Of a DNA stretch of 64,000 nucleotides, positions 11,479-22,960 are shown one piece after another. Position numbers and translations under genes: made by a program. Position 1 is the first letter of the stretch; each line of letters starts with the position of its first letter. The notes beneath the pieces were generated by a model, which was not told the DNA's origin, ran no database searches, and worked only from the letters and a program-made list of their open reading frames with translations. The stretch comes from Selaginella moellendorffii (taxonomy: Eukaryota; Plantae; Lycopodiophyta). Where the stretch lies: contig NW_003314390.1 of NCBI RefSeq assembly GCF_000143415.4, positions 148,973 through 212,972 on the forward strand, in the 5' to 3' direction.

Positions 11479-12144
11479 CTAACCAATTGCGCGTCTGGTC
11501 TGCTCGCTGAGGCGTATAGTGTGCCCATCTTCATGGCCCCATTTGCCAATCCAGTACTGCAAGCCGTGCTCATTGGTCGATTCAGCTGTTGGTCCGCTGA
11601 AGATTGGTCTCATGTACAAGGTATCCATTACGACCTCCTCACTGTTGGCCGGGTTGGGTCGAACTCTGATGCACTGAGCTTGCCTCCACAATGAGAGACT
11701 GTACTTTCCAAATGTTTTCCTCTCACCTGCAGCAAGCATGCATAGATCAAGAGGATCGATATAAGCGGATGAGGCTGATTGAATATACGTACCAGGTAAG
11801 ATTTCCACAAAACCCCCTTCGGACTGAAGCTTTTGAGTAATGAAGAGCACGGTGCTGGTTGCCCAACCTGTTGCGGTGGATGCAATTGATATACCTGAGA
11901 TGCTTGCAGCAGCAGCTGTGAAGGCCGCCAAGGCCTCGGTAGAAACAAAGAACACATCGATGACTCCATTAGCAACCAGAGCCGCGCTGAATGGTGCAGC
12001 GGCTCCAGCGGTTGCAACGACAGTGGCAACCGCCGCAAATACAGTGACAACAGTGGTGGCAATACCAATGGCTGCAGTATCAGGGCCTACCTTCACAAGG
12101 TAAGGGTCGCGAGTGTTGTTGTAGATGGAAATGTAGGAGCCCAT
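11479..12144 (-). CDS. About 199-aa orphan protein with a long Ala/Thr/Val-rich hydrophobic region; one 66-nt intron (11792-11727)
   Basis: ATG 12144 (MGSYISIYNNT), canonical GTACGT...TGCAG in-frame intron, intact frame to the stop at 11479. Confidence 0.75.
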   Translation of the reverse strand: MGSYISIYNNTRDPYLVKVGPDTAAIGIATTVVTVFAAVATVVATAGAAAPFSAALVANGVIDVFFVSTEALAAFTAAAASISGISIASTATGWATSTVLFITQKLQSEGGFVEILPGTYIQSASSAYIDPLDLCMLAAGERKTFGKYSLSLWRQAQCIRVRPNPANSEEVVMDTLYMRPIFSGPTAESTNEHGLQYWIGKWGHEDGHTIRLSEQTRRAIG

Positions 12145-13820
12145 TGCAAAATTTTGCACCCCAGCAGGCAGGCAATGCTGGCAATGTTGCTCGAGGAATC
12201 CTCATCCTGATATTTAAGGGTGCAAGCGGCATACAAGTTGCTAGTGTAAACAGAACGTGGAAACTCTAGGACATTGACAGGAATGAAATGTAACAACAAT
12301 TGAGAGCGTTGCAGCGTGCGGAAGACGTGGATGCGAGCCTCCAATTCAACATAGCACCACACACCAAATAGACCATTTGCAAGGTTGTGGCTCCTGTGCC
12401 TTGTGCTGGTACAAAGTCAGTATCAATAACCAAACAAGCTTGGGCGCCTTTTCATACCAGCCTGACCTGAACTCTCAAGTTAAGTAGGCCGCTTCACTTG
12501 GCTGGCAAATAGTTGCTCAAAGACAAAAGCCATACTGTTTGAATAGCAGTGCACGTGCATTGATGAACCACAATTCTGGAGTGTAATTTGGCCTGCAAAT
12601 AGTTGCTAAGCAGCATCACTTGTTATATGTTATATATACATCTTTTAACTTTTTAAAATTAAATGTGCATCATAATTAAAAAAATGTATATATATATTAG
12701 CATGTACTAGTTTCTCTAAATGTTTCAATTTTGTTTTAGGAGTATTTATTACATTGTTTTTATTTCTTTTTTCCTAATTACTAACACTGGGAGCCTTAAA
12801 AATATTTGTTCATATATTTGTTTATTTGTTCTTTGCACACTATCTATTCAGTAAATAATTTTAGTTTTTTTTGAATCACATTTATTTATAGCAAATAAAA
12901 AAGTTGACACTAATTAGGCATTATCTTAAACTCTAGGCATGTTCACAACAATTGATATGAGTTGAGGGAAGTATGAAACAGCAGGATTATGAAAACTATC
13001 ACAAGTAAAACAAGGTATACCTGTAAAAATAACAACTAATAACTAATGATATTCTGTTGAGACCGAGGAGTTGGAAGCATGCATCTAAACCATCGTTAAA
13101 TAGTTCCATACTCTTCTCTCTGTTTGAATTTATCTTATGTACAACGCACAAAAAAAAGGGGGATTGTTGTCATTTTTCACCGTTGTTTCTTGTTCAATTT
13201 GCTCCACCTGCACAAAGACCTTGCTATGATTTCCTACCCTAGACTAAGTCAAAATGATTTGTTAATTGTGTTGATTCATTTGTTTTTCTTAGCTTTGCAT
13301 ATTGTGAACTGCGTGCACTCACCCTTGATAACTCAGCACAGATTCAATGCCAATCAGAACTAGTTTTCACAATGGATTGCTGGTCAATATGGTCAACATA
13401 ACAGTCGAAATTCAAATAACTGTAACAGCTGATACTGATTCTTGAAAATTTTTTCCCCTTAGATAATCTCTGAACTAACAAACTTGTCTAAATCAAAATA
13501 CATCATTTTTGGGGCGACCAAATATGGATTTACTCTGAAAGAGACACAGTGACATTGACAATGACAACTCGGGGAAGCTTTGCATTGTTGTCTCCAACAG
13601 AAAAGGAAATAAGCATAGTGCGAGGACAATTTAGTGGTGGTGTGCTGCTTCACAAATGATCGCTCACGTTGTTCAGTAGAGGTGTTGTCTGCAAATCAGG
13701 GAAACATGGAAAAATGTAATTCTTATGAATTATCAACTTATTTTTAACACAAAAAAATTCTTCATAAGCTAATACTAAGACCTCTGCAAGAGGTGAAATA
13801 GTTTGATGTCATTGGTTCTC

Positions 13821-14280
13821 CATTGCCCCTTTGTCGGATCCGGATAAAGTCACTCAAAAGAAGGTCCCAAGTTAAGTGTTATAACAATGAGTGAACTAGG
13901 CCGGGTGCGAAAGGGTCTAAGAGATAGTACAATTTGGTATCAGAGCTAGACCCTAGTCCACAAAGAACTGTGGACCAATGGGTCTTTTCTGGGACATGTC
14001 TAGCCTTGGCGAATCACTGAAGGACTGATAAAAGAATAATCTTGGAGGGTTCAATGTGGGGGTTATGTAAAAAGTAGCAGGGTCGCTACCTACAGCAAAA
14101 TCAGATAAAACACAAAACCCAAACAAGGCCCTCAGAAACAAGAAATTGCCCCTTTGTTCGATCTGGATAAAGTTATTTAAAACATCTCAAGTTAAATGCT
14201 ACAACGGGGCACATAACTGGGATAGGTGAACGAGGCCGGGTGCAAACGGTATAGAGATAATGTTTGGGCCAAGTGTTACA
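13821..14280 (+). mobile_element. TRIM-like miniature LTR element
   Basis: Two short direct repeats (ATTGCCCCTTTGT... at 13822 and about 14145, the second ending TGTTACA at 14280); perfect PBS TGGTATCAGAGC at 13935-13946; about 200-bp non-coding interior. Confidence 0.7.
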
Positions 14281-14299
14281 CCTTTAGTCACTAAATTTC

Positions 14300-17289
14300 A
14301 CTACTACTAGAAAATTGACAATTTTTTGTGCCTTAGGCATGGCAAGGAATTTAATGAATGTCAAAGTCAGTGGAGCAGGGCTACATATAGCTTTCTAGTG
14401 TGAAACTGCCGATCGATGCCGATTCCTAAAACATGAGCTGAAACATTAGCAAGCCAATGATAAATGTCGGTATATTGGTGTTGATGTCAAGAAGTTTGAA
14501 TGCATCTTTATCAATATTGAATAGAGCTCCAAGGATCTAGATTTTCAACTTGAATCCATGGTTGCTTTGTTGTCACACTCAATGAGAGTTAAGCTGAACT
14601 AGAACTCTACCCTTGCTGTAGACTATGAAGATATGAGCACCTGCTTCAGATTCTCGTAGCTTTTTCCAAGTTGAAAGCCTGGATTTTACAGAGAGGAGTA
14701 AATTTCTGCTTGAAGATCCATTTGGTGGAGACCAATCTTCTATCTTCTAGCAAATCTGCCAAACTCCAAGCATTGTTCTTCATAAGAGTATAATACTCTT
14801 CTTTCATTGCTCCGCGCCATTGGGTAGCCTCCCGACTATACATTGGAGGTTCTGGAGTCATCCATCGCTCAACCCCTGCAAAGTAGAAATCAGCTCCACT
14901 GTTGGCAGCATTCTTCCTCAAAGTCGAGGTGCTGGCAGACTCCAAAGCCTTGCGAGAGTGATAACTTATGTGCCCAGATTTGGTTGAGTGAGAATGAGAA
15001 GGCGAGGAGTGAGAAGGTAACCAATTAGGAGGCTAGAGGAGAAGGAGGAGGAAGGTCGTCTGATCCGTTGAAGACATTGTTCAGTACCACTGGTGAATCT
15101 GGAATAGGATCTGGTACTAGAGGCAATGGTGAACCTGGAGCTTGATTCACTTGAAATAGAGAGAGGCTCCCCGTCAAGTAGCAGCAGCCAAGATGCGTTA
15201 GTAGAGGAATCACAAGAGATGATACCTCTAGAATGCGAAGCGAGAAGATGCTTGTACAACTTTTGCTCATCAAACAAACCATCTATCTTGTGCTTGATGG
15301 TAATAGGCTTTCATTTGCTCACTGTAGCCAATGAGGACACAACAAGAGCTCTTGGGGTCCAATTTCTGTCACAGATCGTCAGGAACATGGGTGATGGAGA
15401 TGGCTCGCTGCATGCTTATGCATGCTGGCATGCCTCGATCTTTCTGAGGCAAAGCAGTAGCCTATATACCGAGTAAGAGCATCTCCTATAATATACCTTA
15501 CGAGCTGTGGACTGGGAAGAAACCTGCTCACTTACGCATCTTTGGTTGCGCTGCCTATGAGGTCCTATTCACTGTCGTAGTGAAGAACTTGAAGCCATAG
15601 ACCTGTTGCCACCTCAACCTTTGCTTTGAAAAGCTAGAACAGCTGCATGACTTCAGATTTATGACGCATCAGCTTCACTACCACCTTCCTTGTATATATG
15701 TTTCTGTGTGAAGGTAGCAACATGCATGGGTACGCAAACATCCAAATGAACCAGTGCTAACGCCTGTGTACAACAAATCTGGAGAAAAATTGCCGAGAAA
15801 GAACCACTTCTGGTAACACTTGTGCAAGCTCCTTGATTGATGCCATAGTTGAAGAGAAACTGCCTCCTTGGCTGCTAAAGTGGCACTTGTTGGGATGACT
15901 GTGGCGTTTAGCTTATATACCCCACCACATCTACTGCCACTGGCAACCTCCTCCTATCGCTGGTCCAGTAACTAACAGCTGCTGTGACTGAATGTCTATG
16001 ATATCACTGACAGAAGACAGAATCTGGCTTATTCTTGGCACAAAATAGACCTCTGCAATCCTTCAGAGCTGTTCTGTATGAACGATTAGGGAACCTTGGG
16101 CAGCCACTGGTATGGCTGCTTTGTTCAGTGTTCAACCTGGAGATAGAAAGTGAGGCATATCCAACACGTCAATTTGAGGTGTCATGTGTAGTGTGGCTCT
16201 AGAATCGAGCCATACTTCTGCTGCTCTGCCTTGGAGATCTCTTGCGCCCCATAAGCAACTGTTGCGCTAGCTGTTGCTGCATTGAATGCTTGAGTGGGCT
16301 ATCTCGAGCAAAATGTCCATGTTTTTCACAATGGTTGCAAATACCTTTCTACCTCCATAGCCGGTCATGCTAGAAGGTGAGGCGCTGCCTGCGCGATTTT
16401 GTTGCTGCCTGTTATCTCCTCTTGAACAAGGAGGACGAGTTGATGGTTTCCTTTTCTCACCACTAGGGCTGTCGCTTGAGAACTTGAGGCCTTCCCATGA
16501 TCGGAAAACTTTTCCTTTAAGATCGCAGCCTGCATCTTCTGATACTTAAGGCCATCGATGTTATTCAGAGTAGTTCATAATGAATCAAACTTTGCATGCC
16601 CTCGCATAGCATTCAGGAGTAATGCTTGCATATCCACATCTGCTACAGTGTCACCCAGACTGTGACCGCAAAGTTTTCATCCTGCCCAAGAATGTGAAGA
16701 TAGGCTGTCCTGGAGAAAGCTTTAGGCCGAAGAACTCAATCTTCAAATCCACCTTCATCAATTGAGCACTAGCACGACTGCCCAACGTGTTGTGTAGTAG
16801 TGCCCTGCAGGCTTCTCGATATCTAGATGATGGTGAAAATCACGACCTAGCCCCAACAAGGCTAGGTCATGTGCCATATCGGAGTCCCCACTTCGCATCA
16901 GGATCTTATGGTTGTGGCTCTTTTCCTCTGATCAATGTCACACAGGAAAATAAACTCCATCTCCTTGCTCCAATTGAAGAAGTCTCGCCCATCATAGATG
17001 GGGATTAGAATTGTTGGTGTTTAGGGACGAAGCTGCCTTGGGCCTAGATGCTCAAAGACACAGTGTCTCCTTTATGATCTTGTGACTACGTCCGCAACTT
17101 AACTAACATCTTTTGCATTTCTTTCTTCTTGGCCATCCCTGGTCAAACCCGCTCTGATACCATGACAGAGAATGCGGACAGATTTTCATTGCAGGGTGAA
17201 TATGTAAGAGCTAAAAGGGGAACGTGACCCTAGACCTAGGGTGACTTGGATGATGAGTAGATGATGATGAGGCTGCCACCTAAGCAACA
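14300..17289 (-). mobile_element. Degenerate Ty1/copia retrotransposon
   Basis: 5' LTR 17289-17163 (TGTTG...TGTCA), PBS TGGTATCAGAGC at 17162-17151, RT N-terminal motif WRGAMKEEYYTLMKNNAWSL...KWIFKQK (14646-14945); many stops and deletions. Confidence 0.85.
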
Positions 17290-19677
17290 TTATGAATAGT
17301 AGATACTGAAAAGAACAAATCAAAATTTAAAAAGACTTACTCCATCCTTCGTGACAAATCTTTCATCGAAGTTATCCATTTCATCGTAATTAAAATCAGT
17401 ACCATAAGAAAATAAATCACCAAAAGGCCATAAAACGAAAGTTTATCCATAAGCTGTCGTATTGTTTTCAACGATTCACTCCTACTTTAACAAAGTATAA
17501 TCTTAGAACTAGTTAGAAACAAAATAGCAAATCTTGAAGGATATATTCCATCCATATGAGACGCGACATTAGATCTACATCCAATGCACAACCTGGAAAC
17601 CCGGCAGCCTTTTTCGACCCCTTCTCGTTCATCAAGGTTGGTGGAAAAGCTAAGTCGGTGCCAGTTTTGCAGTTGAAATGTCAAATGTGCTTCTCCGGAT
17701 TGAAAGCCACTGTTAGAGCAATCAGTAAGATTATCCCTGATACCAAACAATTGGTTTACACACCGAATGTTAATACCTTTCAATTCTCCTCTGACATCCA
17801 AGATTGAGGTCGGGAGCCCCTCCGATTAGTCGTCACACAAATTCTTCAAATTAAGAAAAGCTTACAAACCTTACACCGTTTATGCCAGCTCCAAGAACAG
17901 GCATAATCCGATGGACGAGATGGAGGAGCTTGCATGAGTTCTCCTGCAACACCGAGAGTTAATCATCAACAATAAGCTTTCCAGCAAAAGAAACAGGCTT
18001 TTACCCTGCACCGAGTCCAAGAACAAGCAAGAGAAGTTGAAATATCAAAGCGATTCTCCTGCAACACCTATTAAGGAAGCCTTCCAGCACAAGAAAAAAG
18101 CTTACTTTGCACCGCAGCTGCTGAAAGAAGGATCGGCTGGGCCAGAACGAGCAGATCGCGGAAAATCACGTAAGTTCTCCTGCATCAACGATTCATCGTC
18201 AACAATATCCTTCCAGCACAAGAAATAAGCTTACCTTGCGAGTCCAGTAACAGGTGGACCAGATCTTGAGATACCGTGCAGCTTCTCCTGCAATCAGCAA
18301 CAAGATCGGTATGAAATGCGATTTCGACTTGAAATCTCGGAAACACCATGGAAGAAGAACGACGCTCAATCGCTACCGTAAATATGCAAGGAAATGCGGC
18401 GATCCGAGAAAGAAAGAAGCGCTAGCGAGCGGCCATCGATGCGCGGGAGGGAAATGAGTCAAGAGAAGAAAATCGATCGATTACCTTGCCGGGAACTTCT
18501 GCCACTGGCTGCTCCCGCTGCAAAAGGCATTTGCTGGAACAACAGCCGTCCACGACACTCTTATCTCTTCTCTGCATTGAATCCAGCACGAATTAATATT
18601 TAGCATCTGGATATGGCCCCAAATTCCCCCAAAGAGTGTGTCAACCGAGGAGATCACCCACCGGCATTGTATCAAAAGCATTCTCATCTTTATCAAAATG
18701 ACCTTCTTAGGCATATGCTGCATATGGCACTTTGTCAAGCAGCAGTTCCACGGCATCCAGCATGCTGAATGGTGCCAGCATTTCTCAGAGAGCACTACGT
18801 TCCAGGTGACCGCTGACAAAAGAAACCCGGGCACTGCTGCTGGAGTCGAGAAGCTGGATACCTCCGGTGGCATTTGCCATAGCTGAGGAGCAGCGAGATT
18901 GGTATCGTCACGCTGTCGATGATCTTGGTGGCGTTCTGCCATGTTCTTGGGTGATCACTCTTCGATCCAATCTTTGACAATGCAGCGAATGGAGAGAGCT
19001 CGAAAGGCGCTACAAGTAGTCTCTAGTGGTGCGATGGGACGCCCAAGGCCATGGAATTCGGCCAGCCAGATAGGGGACGTTGTTGTGTTTAAGCTCACTT
19101 TACGGATTTCATGCAAGAGATCATGCAGGATTCCGGGACACACGGCTCTGTCGTAAATCCTGGTCATGTGCAAGGACTCGAGCAGCTTTTTTTCTACCGG
19201 GCCTTCTTTCCAAGTCCAAAATGGTGGAGCTTGTTTCGTGGGATGATCAGTTGCTGGTGGTGACTGTGAGAAAAAAAGGGGAAGAATGCCCTTGGGTTTT
19301 TCGCGAGGACGAAGTTCGCCAAAAAAGACTTCCAATGCTGCCACCTTTACGAAGATCCAAGCTCTGTCTGCCGAGAAGAGGCTACTGGCAATCTTTCACG
19401 AGCTTCTTAGCCTCACGATCGAAAAGAGAGCTGCTTCTACAAGGTTCAAAGAATTGTTGCGTGCTCAAAATGACCGGGTTGAAGCTCAGAGTCTGCTATG
19501 CTTTGAGCTTACTTCACAAGCTGTGGCTTTTAAGGGCAATGAACATAGCATCACTAGAACCAGGAAACACACAAGGTTTAAGGATCTACGATCAAACATG
19601 AAGCACTCGCCTTGCCACGAGCTCTCTGCCGGCTGTGTCTCTTCCAAGTATCTGAGAATTTCAGAAACCTTCAAAAC

Positions 19678-20413
19678 TCAACCTAAACGGGCATGGTGTA
19701 GAAAGCATAAAAAACATTCGTAGCTTGTTCCAAATGACCTTGGGCATCTGGTGCACGGATCGCATCTATATTTCCAGGTGTTTACGTGGCACTTGCATAT
19801 CCATCCAGCATGCGGCTTGCGCCGTGGCTCATCTGGCCTCTCTGCCAAAACTCTCCTGACGTGAGAAAGATGCCCGAAGAGAGCATATGCTGCAAGAGGA
19901 TCGAGTGAAGAAGCTGGGTTCTTGATCAAACCCAGGGTTTCAGCTAATGCCGAGACGAGAGACGATTCATGCTGCGACACACGGCGGACTGGAGACTTCA
20001 CGGCCTTCGTGGGGAATGCTGATCTTGCAGCTTTCCCTGGGTCCCAATTGGTTGGAGCGTGTTTCGTGGGATCAGTGACTGAGCTATGGATGTGGTTTAG
20101 TGGTTGTGCTCCATACGAAATTCTCGGTCCTTCCTCGAGCGTTTCCAAAGAAGTTGGAAGTCGACAAGTTTCAAAGACTTCCAATGCCGTCATCTTTACG
20201 AATACCCTGGAAGATCCAAGCAGTGCGACTGGCTGGCGAGAGGCAATCTTTGACGAGTTTCTCAGCCTCACGATTGATCGAAAAGAGAGCAAAACAGCTG
20301 ATGTGTCTGCCGGGGAGCAACTTACCGCAAGGTGGCGTTTCTCCGCGAGAAACGATTGCGTTCTTGTGACAAGAGTGAAGGATCTTCCTGTCACAATTAA
20401 GAAATCCATCCAT
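19678..20413 (-). CDS. Hypothetical orphan protein with Cys/His-rich C-terminus
   Basis: Longest ORF of the three-copy orphan family; ends WICKCH...CDPCTRC...CFLCFLHH; no family recognised. Confidence 0.3.
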
Positions 20414-22512
20414 GGGCCTGCTACTTCAAGAGTGGAGCCCCGTGGATAAGAATGCCTGGTGTACAACTTAGCACACACGAAAACGACAACGAAGCTAGCG
20501 AGGTAAGTTCTTGTTATAGATCAGTACGCTTTGATTCCGGTTCTCGTTTTCTCTTTGGGGCCCTTTCGCAGAGCTCGTGGATGACTTGTGGAAGAAGAAG
20601 AAGATGCCAAATGCAAAGAGGGCCATACTCTCTCGCTCGCCAGGGCCCAAAGATGGATTCTTCGGGACTTTCCATACATGGAGGTATGGTTGCTTTCTCT
20701 TTCTCTTTTTTTGTTTTCTTTTTCTCCTGTCTGTTCTACTGTTCACTGTGAGCAGCAGTGATTGACGCTTGCTACTCGTAGATGGCCAAACGCCGCGCTA
20801 GGCACGAAGCTCCAAATCGATCCTTTGGAGTGACGCGGCGAATCAATCAATATTTTTTTCTTTCCAGTGGCATGAGCTTTCTCGATTGACTGGACGTGTA
20901 GATGAGCAGTGCCCGACCACTGTGAGCAATGCATTGTCTATGATACTGCACGAGCAGTGGCAGGCAGCGTGGTCTGCTCAGCTGTTTAGCTCCACGACGT
21001 TTACTACGAAAGAGATTCGCGGCTGCGAGTGACGCAAAGCTGGTACTATTACTTTTCTCTCGTCTTTGTTAGCGGCAACCACGTTTTTGGTGCTGGTTTC
21101 CTTCTGACGCACTTGGTTTTTTCAAATGTTTTCCCAGATGCTCGTCTCTCTCCTCGATAGCTACGACGAGTCATTTGTTTTGTTTCCCGAAGGCGGTGCC
21201 TGCGACTAAAACAAATCGATCAGCGTCACGAACAGACCTCCAGGACCGAGGCGAGCGAAGCAACAAGTTGGCGGCCATCGCAATCAGATCCTGGAGCACG
21301 GATGATTTGGCCCCTGACGCGGACGATTGACGAGCTGAGGTGGTGCAGTATATATTGTATTTGTGGAAAGATAAAGAGGTACGTGGTTTTGCTTTCCTCT
21401 CTGCTTCTTTCGCCATAGCCTGGGAAAGCAGACAAAGTGGTGTCTCTCGCTTGGCAGGGAAGAGGGTCCTTTGTTTGCTGCTGACGCTTCCACATGAATC
21501 AAATATCGTCAGCACAGTGCGAACTCCACATGGCAAAGGTGCAGCCGCAGCAATCCTTGCAGCTTTATTCCAATGACTCCCATCGAGACTTCAGAAGAAA
21601 AAAAACCAGTCAATTTCCTCGAGAGCAGGCTAAGCTCCAAGGTACCTTTTGTTTTCTCGCATGGTTTATAGATCGATCGCTCTCTTCCCCCATGGTTTAT
21701 AGATCGATCGCTCTCTTTACAAGTGGTGGCTTTGATTCCACATCCAGATCGAGGGCGATTGCCATCGGAAAACAATGCCCTGGCGGAGATTTTTTCCATG
21801 GATAATCGATCAAATGATATAGAATTTAGAGGCACCGATGGAGCGATCGGGCGATATCTACAGCGAGCGATCGATGGAGCTGGAGAGCGTCTCATCGTCG
21901 CCAGTGAAAATAATGGCACCTAACACGGGCTCATGGGTTCCTTTCGTGGCGGCCATTCGTAGCATGTGAACGCTACGAGGGCAAACTCAAATGCGTGACG
22001 TTATTCCTGCGAATATGCGCTTTGACCCTTGGGTTGGAGGGAATCGAACCGGCAGTTGTGCTGTTAACCGGGGTTAGGGTCCCTTTCCAACGCTGCTACG
22101 GTGCTACAGTGCGCGGTTGCCCCTTTTTATAACGCGGGCACCAAAAGCATTCCAAGAAGAAGAGAGAGCGTTCTTGACGGAGGCGGCGTAGGCGACGGCA
22201 GCAGCGTCTTGGCGCAAGGTTTGATTCTTTGGTTTCTCTCATCGGCGCCGGCGCGCGATCTTAGATCGCCGCCTCGCAATCGGCGAATTCGCCTCTTTTC
22301 TCTCTGTTGCATGCGCCGATTCATCGATTGATCGCTGGTTTCGTGGCTCCTGTGCTGCGCAGGCTTGGATTCGTGCGATATTTCGTCCTGGGGAAAGGCG
22401 AGGATCCGGTTTTCTTCACATTCGAGTAGGAAATTTTTTGGCGTGGTTTGGATTGGAATGGGACTCATCCCTTGTTCTTGTGGTGTGCTTCTTCTTCTTC
22501 CAGGCGGATTGA

Positions 22513-22521
22513 ATGTTTTAA
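22513..22521 (+). promoter_or_regulatory. SAMDC 'tiny' uORF (Met-Phe-stop) overlapping the small uORF start
   Basis: ATG TTT TAA whose last A is the A of the next ATG (TAATG), just after a 5'UTR intron acceptor at 22503; the canonical plant SAMDC leader layout. Confidence 0.9.
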
Positions 22522-22738
22522 TGGCGTCGACGCGTGATTCTAGTAAATCGAAACGCGACTCTGTCCAATACGAGTCTCCTCTCGGCTACAAGATTGAGGA
22601 CATCAGGCCTGACGGTGATATTGAAAAGTTCCGCTGCGCTGCCTACTCAAACGTAAGCTCCTTTGTTTTCTCTGCGAGAAATGCGTCGCGAGCTAATTCG
22701 TCCCTTCTTCTTTGCAGTTCGTCCGAAAACCATCCTGA
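22521..22738 (+). CDS. SAMDC 'small' uORF conserved leader peptide, 50 aa, intron 22653-22717
   Basis: MASTRDSSKSKRDSVQYESPLGYKIEDIRPDGDIEKFRCAAYSN|FVRKPS matches the plant consensus YEAPLGYxIEDVRPNGGIxKFxSAAYSN|CxxKPS. Confidence 0.95.
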
Positions 22739-22960
22739 TACCCCCCAGAAAGAAGAGCCAGTAGAGTAGGCTAGGGCCTTCCCCTCGTCAAATCCTTTGC
22801 TTGGAGTCTCCTTTACCTCTTGGAGCTGGTCTGCGGCATGCTGCACGGTGGCAGATCAGCTCCCTGCTCTCGGGAGCAGCATTCTTCCCGCTAGCTAGCT
22901 AGCTCTTTAGCCGGTCTCTCCTCTCTTTTTTTTCCCCTCCGTCTCCTCTCACAAGCCAAG

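Larger units (their letters stand above)
13111..19522. repeat. Segmental duplication, copy B
   Basis: Collinear with 5995-11320; retains extra copia sequence. Confidence 0.9.

Noticed and set aside
20560-21800. Possible spliced gene divergent from SAMDC-ODC
   Set aside because: Some splice-like signals, but I could not build a consistent frame or recognise a product.
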